A stretch of 64,000 nucleotides of DNA, taken from Patescibacteria group bacterium (GTDB lineage: Bacteria > Patescibacteriota > Minisyncoccia > 2-02-FULL-40-12). Both the position numbers and the translations under genes were made by a program. The stretch spans positions 5,219-69,218 of the forward strand of contig JBBTUA010000007.1 in assembly GCA_038063995.1 (NCBI GenBank). The letters run 5' to 3'. Under the pieces are notes generated by a model, which saw nothing but the letters and a program-made list of their open reading frames with translations, was not told the origin of the DNA and did no database searches. Each line of letters begins with the position of its first letter. The first letter of the stretch is position 1. Positions 17,165 through 26,919 of this stretch are shown piece by piece.

Positions 17165-18229
17165 TTATTTCATCTCTTCGAGCTTAACTTTTGTTTTTAG
17201 AGTTTCGCTGCCGTTTCTCAAGAGAGTGATTTCGATTTCTTCGCCGATTTTGCACTCCTGCACTAAATCGGCCAGTTCTGATTTTTCATCAAGTTTTTTG
17301 CCGTTTATTTCGAAAATTAAATCATTTTCCTTTATTCCCGCTTTGTCCGCCGGACTGCCCGGGATTACTGCTTTGGAATCCGGAAAATGGTCGCTTAAAA
17401 CCAATGCTCCGGAGTCTGCTCCAAGTTCGTATTGCTCTTTCAATTTTTTATTAAGCATTACATAGCGAAGTCCCAAATATGGTCTTTCTATCCGCCCGTA
17501 TTTTAAAATGTCGTCTAAATCTTTTTTTGCCCAGTTAATCGGCAGAGCAAAACCGATATTCTGGGCGCCGAAGATTATGGCCGTGTTTATTCCGACCACC
17601 TCGCCTTCGGTATTGATCAAAGGCCCTCCGGAATTTCCCTGATTTATGGCTACGTCAGTTTGCATTACTCCTCTTAGCACTTCTGTTTCCTGGCCGTCTC
17701 CCAAAGATGCCGCGATCCGGCGCGACAAGCCGGAAATTATTCCTTTGGAAACGCTATTGGTGAACATTCCCAAGGCTGTGCCGATGGCCACGGCCGTTTG
17801 CCCGATTTGGACTTTAGAAGAGTCTCCAAGCATCGCTTCAGGCAGGCCTCTTACTTTTATTTTTAAAATGGCGATGTCGTTGAGCGGATCGTTTGATAAA
17901 ACCTGGGCCGGGTATTCGTTGTCTCCGGCTAAAACCGTATATTCGGCTTCTTTATCATGGACAACATGCTTATTGGTGAGGATGAGGCTGTGTTCATTGT
18001 TTGAATGGACCACGAATCCGGAACCGCCGCCGATTTGGACTGATTGTTCTTTTAGTTTGTTTTGATCTTTTTCATCTGCTTTTTCTTCGGGGATGATAAA
18101 TTCAAAAGGTCCGAAAGGAGAAGCCATTATTCTTTTGGTTTTGGGGAGATGCTTTGAAATGATAACGCTCACCACCGAAGGAGAAACTTTTTTAACTGCT
18201 TCAATGATTGTTTTTTCTTCGCTTAGCAT
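17165..18229 (-). CDS. HtrA/DegP-family serine protease with PDZ domain
   Basis: catalytic triad context TNKHVV .. D .. GNSGGPLIN; C-terminal PDZ. Confidence 0.85.
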   Translation of the reverse strand: MLSEEKTIIEAVKKVSPSVVSVIISKHLPKTKRIMASPFGPFEFIIPEEKADEKDQNKLKEQSVQIGGGSGFVVHSNNEHSLILTNKHVVHDKEAEYTVLAGDNEYPAQVLSNDPLNDIAILKIKVRGLPEAMLGDSSKVQIGQTAVAIGTALGMFTNSVSKGIISGLSRRIAASLGDGQETEVLRGVMQTDVAINQGNSGGPLINTEGEVVGINTAIIFGAQNIGFALPINWAKKDLDDILKYGRIERPYLGLRYVMLNKKLKEQYELGADSGALVLSDHFPDSKAVIPGSPADKAGIKENDLIFEINGKKLDEKSELADLVQECKIGEEIEITLLRNGSETLKTKVKLEEMK

Positions 18230-18232
18230 ATT

Positions 18233-19894
18233 GTGATATATTTTAAACTAATGAAGAAGCAAATTCAAGAATTTCTTAGAAAAGAGCACCCGGATATTGA
18301 TTTTGCCGTTTCCTACCCGCCTGAAGGCCTTGGCGACTACTCAACCAACATCGCCTTTCTACTTGCCCGCCAAAGCCTTGGCGAAGGCGGGTTGGCTAAA
18401 AAAACCGGCGGAAATCCGCAAAAACTTGCCTTGAGCATAGTCGAAGGGTTAAGAAACGAATTCAAAAATCAATTTGAAAAAATCGAAATCGCAAAAAACG
18501 GGTTTATAAATTTTTATCTATCTAAAAAGTATTTATTGGATAATCTTTCCGAGGTTCTGAAATTTCCGGATATTGGAAAGAGCAAGACGGTTATAGTTGA
18601 ATATTCCCAGCCCAATATTGCCAAAGTGATGCATGTCGGGCATCTCCGTTCAACGGTTCTGGGCGACGCCCTGGCCAATATCTATGAAGCTTTAGGTTAT
18701 AAAGTTATTCGCTGGAATTATTTGGGCGATTGGGGAACTCAATTCGGGAAATTGATTTCGGCTTATAAGATGTGGGGCAAAGAAGAAGAAGTTAAGACAA
18801 ATCCAATTGAAACTTTAAATGATCTCTATGTAAGATTCCACGACGAATTGAAAAACCGTCCGGAACTGGAAGAAAAAGGGAGAGAAGAATTTAAGAAGCT
18901 CGAAGAAGGAGATGAAGAAAACAGAAAATTATGGAAGTGGTTTAAAAATGAGTCTTTGAAAGAATTTGAAAAGATTTACAGGATTTTAGGAGTTAAATTC
19001 GATACTTATACAGGTGAGAGTTCTTTTGAGAAGGATTTAAAACCTTTAGTCGAAGAATTGCGAAATAAAGGAATAGCCAAAGAGAGCCAAGGCGCTGTTA
19101 TTATTTCTTTGGATCAATTCAATTTGCTTCCAGCCTTGATTCAAAGATCTGACGGAGCAAGCTTGTATCTGACTCGCGATATTGCCGCCTTGAAATACCG
19201 AATCAAAGAATACAAGCCGGAAAAAATTCTTTATGTCGTCGGAAACGAGCAGTCGCTTCATTTTGATCAGCTTAAGGCGATTGCTAAAATCTCGGGCTTA
19301 GATGAAACAGAAATCAGTCATATTAAATTTGGGCTTATTCTCGGAAAAGATAAAAAGAAATTGTCGAGCAGAGAGGGCGGAGCCGTGCCAATAAAAGAAT
19401 TGATAGATAAAGCGGTCGAACTTTCCGGAAAAGCTGTCGGGATCAGCGCGTTAAAATATTTTATTTTAAAAGAGCACCGCTTGAGCGATATAGTTTTTGA
19501 CTGGGATAGAATCCTTAATTTGAAAGGAGACAGCGGTCCTTATCTTCAATATACTTACGCCCGTTTGGCCAGCATTAAGAGTAAAGCCGGGACCATCTCG
19601 AAATCTAAAAATTTAGAATCACTGAATAAAGAAATTGATGTTTCCCTAATGAAAAAAATGATTAAATTTCCCGAGATTCTTACCCTGACCGTCGAGAATA
19701 ACCTTACGAATATCTTAACTCTGTACCTTTATGAGCTTTGCAATTTGATCAATAGATTTTATGAATCGGTTCCAGTCTTAAAGGAAGATGATGAGAAAAT
19801 TAGAAATGCCCGGCTGGGGCTGGTCAGTTTAATGATTCAAATTTTAGAAAAAGGTTTTAATCTTTTAGGAATCGAGGCCCCGGAGAGGATTTAA
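18233..19894 (+). CDS. argS: arginine--tRNA ligase
   Basis: HVGHLRS HIGH region; ArgRS add-1 N-domain and DALR anticodon-binding domain. Confidence 0.9.
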   Translation: MIYFKLMKKQIQEFLRKEHPDIDFAVSYPPEGLGDYSTNIAFLLARQSLGEGGLAKKTGGNPQKLALSIVEGLRNEFKNQFEKIEIAKNGFINFYLSKKYLLDNLSEVLKFPDIGKSKTVIVEYSQPNIAKVMHVGHLRSTVLGDALANIYEALGYKVIRWNYLGDWGTQFGKLISAYKMWGKEEEVKTNPIETLNDLYVRFHDELKNRPELEEKGREEFKKLEEGDEENRKLWKWFKNESLKEFEKIYRILGVKFDTYTGESSFEKDLKPLVEELRNKGIAKESQGAVIISLDQFNLLPALIQRSDGASLYLTRDIAALKYRIKEYKPEKILYVVGNEQSLHFDQLKAIAKISGLDETEISHIKFGLILGKDKKKLSSREGGAVPIKELIDKAVELSGKAVGISALKYFILKEHRLSDIVFDWDRILNLKGDSGPYLQYTYARLASIKSKAGTISKSKNLESLNKEIDVSLMKKMIKFPEILTLTVENNLTNILTLYLYELCNLINRFYESVPVLKEDDEKIRNARLGLVSLMIQILEKGFNLLGIEAPERI

Positions 19895-20287
19895 AAATAC
19901 AAAAACAAATAAAGCTGCTCCGAGAATATCCATCAGCAGATCATTTATTGTATCGTCCAGATTGCCCATACAGCAGATTACTCTGTATTTATTGTAAAAA
20001 TAATCTCCAAATAATTTAGTGCCTAAATATTCCGAGAATTCCCAAATTACTCCGATAAAAACCGTTATGCTCACTAAAATGAGAACCTTTTTAAGTCTTG
20101 GACTGCCGGGATTGCCGATTTTCAAATGTTTGAGGTAGCCCGCAAAAAACATAGCTACAAAAAAACCGCCGGAGAAATGAAGAATCGGGTCAACATTAAA
20201 AGCCTTGAAGATATAATCAACATCCGCAACCATAAAAAGGATATTGATCAAGAAAATCAGAGCCAAAAATAAAATTGCTGTTTTCAT
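19865..20287 (-). CDS. small membrane protein (VanZ-like?)
   Basis: 140 aa, four TM; weak VanZ-like pattern. Confidence 0.4.
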   Translation of the reverse strand: MKTAILFLALIFLINILFMVADVDYIFKAFNVDPILHFSGGFFVAMFFAGYLKHLKIGNPGSPRLKKVLILVSITVFIGVIWEFSEYLGTKLFGDYFYNKYRVICCMGNLDDTINDLLMDILGAALFVFVFLNPLRGLDS

Positions 20288-20313
20288 AGAAATATACTAA
20301 TAATTATAATATT

Positions 20314-23300
20314 GTGTCTGAATCTAATCTAGCTAAAATCGAAGAAAAAATCCAGAAATTCTGGGAAGCTAACAATATCCCAGAAAAAATCTTCGGCCAC
20401 AGAAAAGGAGGGAAGAAATTCGTTTTTTACGAAGGGCCGCCGACGGCAAACGGAATGCCCCATCTAGGGCATTTTGAAACCCGGGCCTTCAAAGATCTTT
20501 TCATCCGTTTTAAAACTATGGCTGGTTTTTTTGTCTCGCGAAAAGCCGGGTGGGACACCCATGGTTTGCCGGTTGAAATAGAAGTTGAAAAAGAACTTGG
20601 TTTGAAATCAAAAAAAGAAATCGAAGAATACGGGATTTCTAAATTCAACAAAAAAGCAAAAGAATCGGTCTGGCGCTACAAGGCCGAGTGGGAAAAATTT
20701 TCAAAGCGGATGGGTTTTTGGCTTGATTTTGAAAATCCTTACATTACTTATGACAATGATTATATCGAAACTCTCTGGCATATCATACAAAAGTTCGACA
20801 AAAAAAAGTTTTTGTATAAAGGCCATAAAGTTTTGCCTTGGTGTCCGCGCTGCGGCACGGCTTTGTCGAGTCATGAGGTGGCGTTAGGTTATGAAAATAT
20901 CACTGAAGATTCGGTTTATGTCAAGTTTAGATTAAAACCGGACCCAAAAATCGGTGGTTTTGAAACAGATGATAAAACTTATATTTTAGCCTGGACTACA
21001 ACTCCCTGGACTCTTCCCGGAAATGTCGCTTTGGCTGTCGGTGAAAAAATCGATTATGCAGTGGTTCGTAAAGACAATGAAAACTTTATTTTGGCGAAGG
21101 ATTTGGCAGGTAAAGTTCTAAATAAACCGTATCAGATTGAAAAAGAAATAACAGGTAAAGACTTGGTTGGTTTGGAATACGAGCCGTTATTTAAAATCAA
21201 AGAACTTCAGTCGGAGAAATCATACAAAATCTATCCGGCTGATTTTGTTTCGACCGAAGAAGGAACAGGCGTAGTTCATACCGCAGTGATGTATGGAGAA
21301 GACGATTATCAGTTGGGCGAAAAGATCGGCCTGCCAAAATATCATACCGTTGATAAGGAAGGGAAATTTACCAACGATGTTCCGGAACTTGCGGAAAAGT
21401 TTGTAAAAGACGCTGATAAAGATATTATTTATTATCTCAAAGATAAAAATCTTTTACTCAAAGTTGAATCCTATTCTCACGATTATCCTTTTTGCTGGCG
21501 GTGTAAGACCCCGCTTCTTTATTACGCGACTGATTCCTGGTTTGTTAAGACCACAGCCGTTAAAAAAAATCTTATTGCCAACAACAAAAAAATAAACTGG
21601 GTTCCCTCTTATATTAAAGAGGGCCGTTTCGGACAATGGCTTAATGAAGTGAAAGACTGGGCGTTTTCGCGGGACCGCTATTGGGGGACACCCTTGCCGG
21701 TTTGGGAATGCAAGGAATGCCGCAATTATTCGGTTATAGGCTCATTGGAAGAACTTGAAAAATATCGTTATCGGAAGCCAAACAAGTATTTTATTCTGCG
21801 TCACGGTGAAAGCCAGAAAAATAATTTTGGAGGCAAAGAAATAAACAGCACTAAATTAGAAACCGATAAATACGATTTGACCGAAAGAGGAACTGATCAG
21901 GCGGGAAAAGTCGTCGGGAAATTAAAAAAAGAAAAGATCGATTTAATTTTTGCTTCTCCTTTTTTGAGGACAAAAAGAACAGCCCAGATAATCGGAGAAG
22001 AATTGGGGATCGAGATGAAAATAGATTATCGTTTGAAGGAAATGGACCATGGCAGTGTATGCGAAGGCAGAGATTATTATGCTTGTATTCCCAGGGAAGA
22101 ATATCCGAATACAGATTTTAACACCAAATTCGGAATGGATGGTGAGAGCCGGAATGAAGTCAGAAAGAGAGTTTTATCTTTCATCAGAGAAACAGGCGAT
22201 CAATACGAAGGCAAGAATATTTTGATTGTAAGTCATGGTGATCCTTTGTGGCTGATGGAAGGTATGTCAAAAAATTTCAGCGAACAGGAGCTCTTCTTGG
22301 CAAAAAAGAATCAGATTCTGGATATAAAAGATGGGGCAATGATTCTGCTTAAGCCCGGAGAAATGAGAATATTGGAGTTTGATAACTTCCCGCGCGACGA
22401 ATTCGGGAATCTGGATCTGCATCGGCCTTACATAGATGAGGTTTTATTGAAATGTCCAAAGTGCGGCGGCGAGATGAAAAGAATTCCGGAGGTGACGGAT
22501 GTCTGGTTTGATTCCGGAGCAATGCCTTTTGCGCAACTGCACTATCCTTTTGAAAATAAAAAAGAATTCAAAGAAAATTTCCCGGCTGATTTTATTACCG
22601 AAGGAGTGGATCAAACTCGCGGCTGGTTTTATACATTATTGGCTGTTTCCACGCTTTTAGATTTTGGCCCGCCTTACAAAAATGTCATTTCTTTGGGTTT
22701 TGCTTTGGATAAAAACGGCAGAAAGATGTCCAAATCGATCGGTAACGTGATCACCCCTAATTACGTAATTGATAAATTCGGTTCTGATGTCGGGCGGTGG
22801 TGGTTTTATAAAGTTAATCAAGCCGGGGAGTCTAAAAGTTTTAAAGAAGAAGAGCTTAAACAAACAGAAAACGGGTTTGTCCGGGTTTTGATGAATTCTT
22901 TAAGGTTTTGGGAACTGTATAAAAATGATGAGCAGTCAGGGGTTAACTTTCACAAATTAGATAAAAAAAATAATCTGTCGGTACTCGATAGCTGGCTTTT
23001 ATCAAAATTCAACAATTTGATTAAGTCGGTTACAGATTCTCTAGATAATTATGATTCAACGTCTTCCAGCCGGGAGATTGAAAAGTTTGTTATCGAAGAT
23101 TTATCAAATTGGTGGATCAGAAGAAGCCGTGAAAAGTTCCAGTCAGAGGGAAATTCAGCTCAAAAAGATTTGTTAAGATTCATTCTTTTAGAGGCGGCAA
23201 AACTTATTGCGCCATTTGTTCCGTTTTTGGCTGAATATCTGTATCAAGAGATAAGCATTCACCCCGTTAGAAGTCGCGCTCGCGCTGAAGGCGCGAGTCC

Positions 23301-23895
23301 TGAAGGGACCGCTGGCGCGGCTATTTCTAACGGGGTTCATTTTCACAATTGGCCGAAAGAAAACAAAAAACTGACTGATAAAAAGCTCGAGGAAGAAATG
23401 GAGCTAGTCAGAAAGATTGCGAGTCTTGGATTGGCGGCCAGGAAAGAAGCAGGAGTCAAAGTGAGGCAGCCCCTGGCTAAATTAGAATTTAGAACACAGA
23501 ATATAGAATTTAGTAAAGAATTGCTTGATTTAATCAAAGAAGAAGTGAATGTAAAAGAAGTAAAGTTTGAAAAAGGCGGAAAAGAAGAAGTTATTTTGGA
23601 TACTAAAATTACGCCGGCTTTGCGGCAGGAGGGCTGGGTGAGAGAATTTATAAGGATGATACAAGACGCAAGAAAAGATGCCGGCTATGAATACGATCAA
23701 AAAGTCAGAACTTTTTGGTTTTCTGAAGATAGAGAATTAAAGGAGGCGATTTTGCGGGAAAACGATTTCATAAAACAAAAAACAGTTTTAAAAGAGTTGA
23801 ATGAATCAAGGCATAACTCCAAATTTGCTTATGATGTTGAAAAAGAAGAAGAGATCGAATCAGGTAGAAAAATTTGGCTCGGATTAATCAAATGA
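20314..23895 (+). CDS. ileS: isoleucine--tRNA ligase carrying an embedded histidine-phosphatase (PGAM-superfamily) domain
   Basis: HIGH-type region (PPTANGMPHLGH), KMSKS, zinc knuckles (WCPRCGT; CPKCGG); about 190 aa inserted between ..SLEELEKYR and DLHRPYIDE containing RHGES .. SHGD (about 21780-22360). Confidence 0.9.
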   Translation: MSESNLAKIEEKIQKFWEANNIPEKIFGHRKGGKKFVFYEGPPTANGMPHLGHFETRAFKDLFIRFKTMAGFFVSRKAGWDTHGLPVEIEVEKELGLKSKKEIEEYGISKFNKKAKESVWRYKAEWEKFSKRMGFWLDFENPYITYDNDYIETLWHIIQKFDKKKFLYKGHKVLPWCPRCGTALSSHEVALGYENITEDSVYVKFRLKPDPKIGGFETDDKTYILAWTTTPWTLPGNVALAVGEKIDYAVVRKDNENFILAKDLAGKVLNKPYQIEKEITGKDLVGLEYEPLFKIKELQSEKSYKIYPADFVSTEEGTGVVHTAVMYGEDDYQLGEKIGLPKYHTVDKEGKFTNDVPELAEKFVKDADKDIIYYLKDKNLLLKVESYSHDYPFCWRCKTPLLYYATDSWFVKTTAVKKNLIANNKKINWVPSYIKEGRFGQWLNEVKDWAFSRDRYWGTPLPVWECKECRNYSVIGSLEELEKYRYRKPNKYFILRHGESQKNNFGGKEINSTKLETDKYDLTERGTDQAGKVVGKLKKEKIDLIFASPFLRTKRTAQIIGEELGIEMKIDYRLKEMDHGSVCEGRDYYACIPREEYPNTDFNTKFGMDGESRNEVRKRVLSFIRETGDQYEGKNILIVSHGDPLWLMEGMSKNFSEQELFLAKKNQILDIKDGAMILLKPGEMRILEFDNFPRDEFGNLDLHRPYIDEVLLKCPKCGGEMKRIPEVTDVWFDSGAMPFAQLHYPFENKKEFKENFPADFITEGVDQTRGWFYTLLAVSTLLDFGPPYKNVISLGFALDKNGRKMSKSIGNVITPNYVIDKFGSDVGRWWFYKVNQAGESKSFKEEELKQTENGFVRVLMNSLRFWELYKNDEQSGVNFHKLDKKNNLSVLDSWLLSKFNNLIKSVTDSLDNYDSTSSSREIEKFVIEDLSNWWIRRSREKFQSEGNSAQKDLLRFILLEAAKLIAPFVPFLAEYLYQEISIHPVRSRARAEGASPEGTAGAAISNGVHFHNWPKENKKLTDKKLEEEMELVRKIASLGLAARKEAGVKVRQPLAKLEFRTQNIEFSKELLDLIKEEVNVKEVKFEKGGKEEVILDTKITPALRQEGWVREFIRMIQDARKDAGYEYDQKVRTFWFSEDRELKEAILRENDFIKQKTVLKELNESRHNSKFAYDVEKEEEIESGRKIWLGLIK

Positions 23896-23909
23896 TATAT
23901 TTAACCTAA

Positions 23910-25607
23910 ATGGAAAGAAGGCTAATCATTAGTTTGTTTATTTTATTGATTCTGGGAACAGTGATTTTTTTGCTTTATCAGGCCAGATTCAAGGAAGGCC
24001 AGGTTTTTTTGAAAATAGAAGTACAGGAAGAAGCGGCAAGCGGCGAAGAAATAGAATACAAAGTTATCGTTGAAAACAGAAATAATTTTAATTTAACCGA
24101 CTCGAAATTATCATTCTTTTATCCTGAAGATTCCACTCCTTTAAGGGACGGCGAGCCCTTAGATTCTTTACTGGCCAATCTTGATTTGGGGACTTTTGAA
24201 CAAAGAAGCGAAAAAGAGTTTTTATTTAAAGCGATAATCACGGGAGAGAAAGGCGAGAATAAAAAAGCAAAAGCTGTCTTAACCTACTCCCCTTCAAACT
24301 TTCGTTCAGTTTTTCAAAAAACTGAAGAAGCGATAACAACTATTTCCAGAGTTTCTGTTTCTGTCAGTCTAAGCGCGCCGCCCAATATTTTATCCGGCCA
24401 AACGGTCACCGTGTTTGTCGATTTAAGGAATGAGACAGAAAAAGATTTACAGGATCTGCAGCTTGCACTTTCGTATCCTGAAGGCTTCATTTTTAAAAAA
24501 GCGATGCCTTCACCGAATGAAAGAAATGGTATCTTTAACATTGCTTCAATTAAGGCTGGCGAGGGCGTCAGAGTAAGTGTTGAAGGCGAAATTTCAGGAT
24601 TTGAAAAAGAAGGCAAAACATTTTCTGCCGTATTAAGAAAGAAAACAGGCGATCAATTCTTTGATCTGCAAAAATCAGAGGTGCTGCTCACTATTTCTTC
24701 TCCGCTTATTAGAAGCGAAGTTTTAATAAATGATTCAAAAAGTTTTGCAGCTAAGGCGGGAGATCGGTTAAAATATACAATAAAATTTTCCAACGATTCC
24801 AACTATAATTTTTCAGCCCTTGAATTAAGAGCGGCTTTGGACGGCCAAATGTTTGACTTCGCCACATTAAAAACCAATGACGGGTTTTTTGACCAGAATT
24901 CCCGGACTATTTTGTGGAATGCCGCCGCTTCAGATGATTTAGGAAATTTGCCGCCTCGAGGCAGTGGAGAAGTTTCTTTTGAGGTAAATGTAAAGCAGGA
25001 TTTCCCAAAAACTTTCGGCAAAAGCTATTCGTTAAAAGTCACCTCTTTAATTCAGATTTCTTCTGTCCCGCCGGATTTTGATTTAGATAAGGTTACTTCG
25101 TCTGCCGAGATGATGGTAAAAGTTGGATCAAAGGTCAGTTTTACAGCAAAGGCTTTTTACAATGATCAGGCGGTTCAAAATTCCGGGCCGGTTCCTCCCC
25201 GGGTTGGCCAAAAAACGACATATACGATACATTGGAAGATAGTTAATGAAGGGAATGATTTGACGAATGCAAGAGTAGAAAGTTTTTTGCCGCCGGGAGT
25301 CAGCTGGGAAAATGAATTCAAGCTTACGCCGTCTCAGTCTCAAATAAGATATGATCCGAGCTTAGGCAGAGTAAGCTGGTTGATTACCACGGTTCCGGCC
25401 GGGACAGGCGCAGTTTCCAATGTTTTTGAAGCTATTTTCCAAATAGGAATTACGCCAAGCATAAATCAAGTCGGCCAGGCTCCGGAAATAACTAAAGAAT
25501 CCAGTTTCGAGGCAACAGATAATTTTACCAAAGAAAAAATTAATTTAAGCCAGCCCGCGATCAATACGCAGACAGTAAGCGATTCGCCGGGAACAGTGGC
25601 AAACTAG
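23910..25607 (+). CDS. hypothetical membrane-anchored large extracytoplasmic protein
   Basis: 565 aa; N-terminal TM then beta-rich repetitive domains; no catalytic motif recognised. Confidence 0.55.
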   Translation: MERRLIISLFILLILGTVIFLLYQARFKEGQVFLKIEVQEEAASGEEIEYKVIVENRNNFNLTDSKLSFFYPEDSTPLRDGEPLDSLLANLDLGTFEQRSEKEFLFKAIITGEKGENKKAKAVLTYSPSNFRSVFQKTEEAITTISRVSVSVSLSAPPNILSGQTVTVFVDLRNETEKDLQDLQLALSYPEGFIFKKAMPSPNERNGIFNIASIKAGEGVRVSVEGEISGFEKEGKTFSAVLRKKTGDQFFDLQKSEVLLTISSPLIRSEVLINDSKSFAAKAGDRLKYTIKFSNDSNYNFSALELRAALDGQMFDFATLKTNDGFFDQNSRTILWNAAASDDLGNLPPRGSGEVSFEVNVKQDFPKTFGKSYSLKVTSLIQISSVPPDFDLDKVTSSAEMMVKVGSKVSFTAKAFYNDQAVQNSGPVPPRVGQKTTYTIHWKIVNEGNDLTNARVESFLPPGVSWENEFKLTPSQSQIRYDPSLGRVSWLITTVPAGTGAVSNVFEAIFQIGITPSINQVGQAPEITKESSFEATDNFTKEKINLSQPAINTQTVSDSPGTVAN

Positions 25608-25633
25608 AATACAGAATTTAGAATTTAGAGTAG
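25605..25633. repeat. AGAATATAGAA-family repeat
   Basis: TAGAATACAGAATTTAGAATTTAGAG between hypothetical gene and glyQS. Confidence 0.6.
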
Positions 25634-25635
25634 TT

Positions 25636-26919
25636 ATGGAAGATAAGCTGAATAAAATAGTTTCGCTTGCCAAAAGGCGCGGTTTTATTTTTCCGGGTTC
25701 GGAAATTTACGGGGGGTTAAGCGGTTTTTATGATTTTGGCCCGCTTGGGGCGGAACTGAAATTTAATATCAAGCAGGAATGGTGGATTTCGGTTGTAAGG
25801 GCCCGGGATGATGTAGTCGGTTTAAGCGCCGCTATAATAATGAATCCAAAAGTCTGGCAGGCCTCCGGCCATCTTGATGGCGGCTTTACTGATGTTTTGG
25901 TTGAATGCAAGAAATGCCACCAGAGATTTAAGGCAGATGACTTCGTTCCGGTCTGCGAGAATTGCGGAAGCAAAGAATTTACTGAGCCGCGTCGTTTTAA
26001 CATTATGTTTAAAACTTTTGTCGGACCCGCTGAAGATTCTGCGGCCGTTGTTTATTTGAGACCCGAAACTACTGCCGGGATTATGGTGAATTTTAAAAAT
26101 ATCATTGATACAATGCGGGTTAAAATTCCTTTTGGAATCGCCCAAATCGGAAAAGCTTTTAGAAACGAGATTAATCCAAAAGATTACATTTTTAGAACCC
26201 GGGAGTTCGAACAGATGGAGCTCGAATATTTTGTTAAACCCGGTGAAGACGGGAACGCTTTTACTGAATGGGTAAATAGGAGACTTAGCTGGTATGATGA
26301 TTTAGGATTGAAAAATGTTCGCAAAAGAGAACAGTCGAAAGAAGAAAGAGCTCACTATTCGAGCGCGACAGTTGATATAGAGTATGAATTTCCTTTCGGC
26401 TGGAAGGAAATTGAGGGCATTGCCAATCGGACCGATTTTGATTTGAAAACCCACTCTAAACATTCAGGAAAAGATCTTTCCTACACCGACGATTCCGGCG
26501 AAAACTTTATTCCTTATGTTATTGAGCCTTCAGCCGGCGTTGATCGGCTGGCCTTGGCTTTTCTATGTGATGCTTATTACGAAGATAAGGATCGCATTGT
26601 TTTAAAACTCCATCCGAAATTAGCGCCGTATAAAGTTGCTGTGTTTCCTCTTTTGGCCAACAAGCCGGAATTGGTTAAAAAAGCCAGACAAGTTTATAAA
26701 GATTTAAAAACGACAGGGTTAAATGTTGCCTGGGATGATCGGGGAAATATCGGCAAAAGATATTATTCGCAGGATGAGATTGGCACGCCTTGGTGTGTAA
26801 CAATCGATCATCAAACTTTGGAAGATGATACAGTTACAGTTAGAGATCGGGACACGACTAAACAGGAGAGAGTATTAATTAGCGACTTGAAGAAATATTT
26901 CGAAGAAAAATTAAGATGA
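25636..26919 (+). CDS. glyQS: glycine--tRNA ligase (dimeric type)
   Basis: class II motifs (GxAxRNEI; anticodon-binding C-domain); N-terminus RGFIFPGSEIYGGLSGFYDFGPLG. Confidence 0.85.
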   Translation: MEDKLNKIVSLAKRRGFIFPGSEIYGGLSGFYDFGPLGAELKFNIKQEWWISVVRARDDVVGLSAAIIMNPKVWQASGHLDGGFTDVLVECKKCHQRFKADDFVPVCENCGSKEFTEPRRFNIMFKTFVGPAEDSAAVVYLRPETTAGIMVNFKNIIDTMRVKIPFGIAQIGKAFRNEINPKDYIFRTREFEQMELEYFVKPGEDGNAFTEWVNRRLSWYDDLGLKNVRKREQSKEERAHYSSATVDIEYEFPFGWKEIEGIANRTDFDLKTHSKHSGKDLSYTDDSGENFIPYVIEPSAGVDRLALAFLCDAYYEDKDRIVLKLHPKLAPYKVAVFPLLANKPELVKKARQVYKDLKTTGLNVAWDDRGNIGKRYYSQDEIGTPWCVTIDHQTLEDDTVTVRDRDTTKQERVLISDLKKYFEEKLR

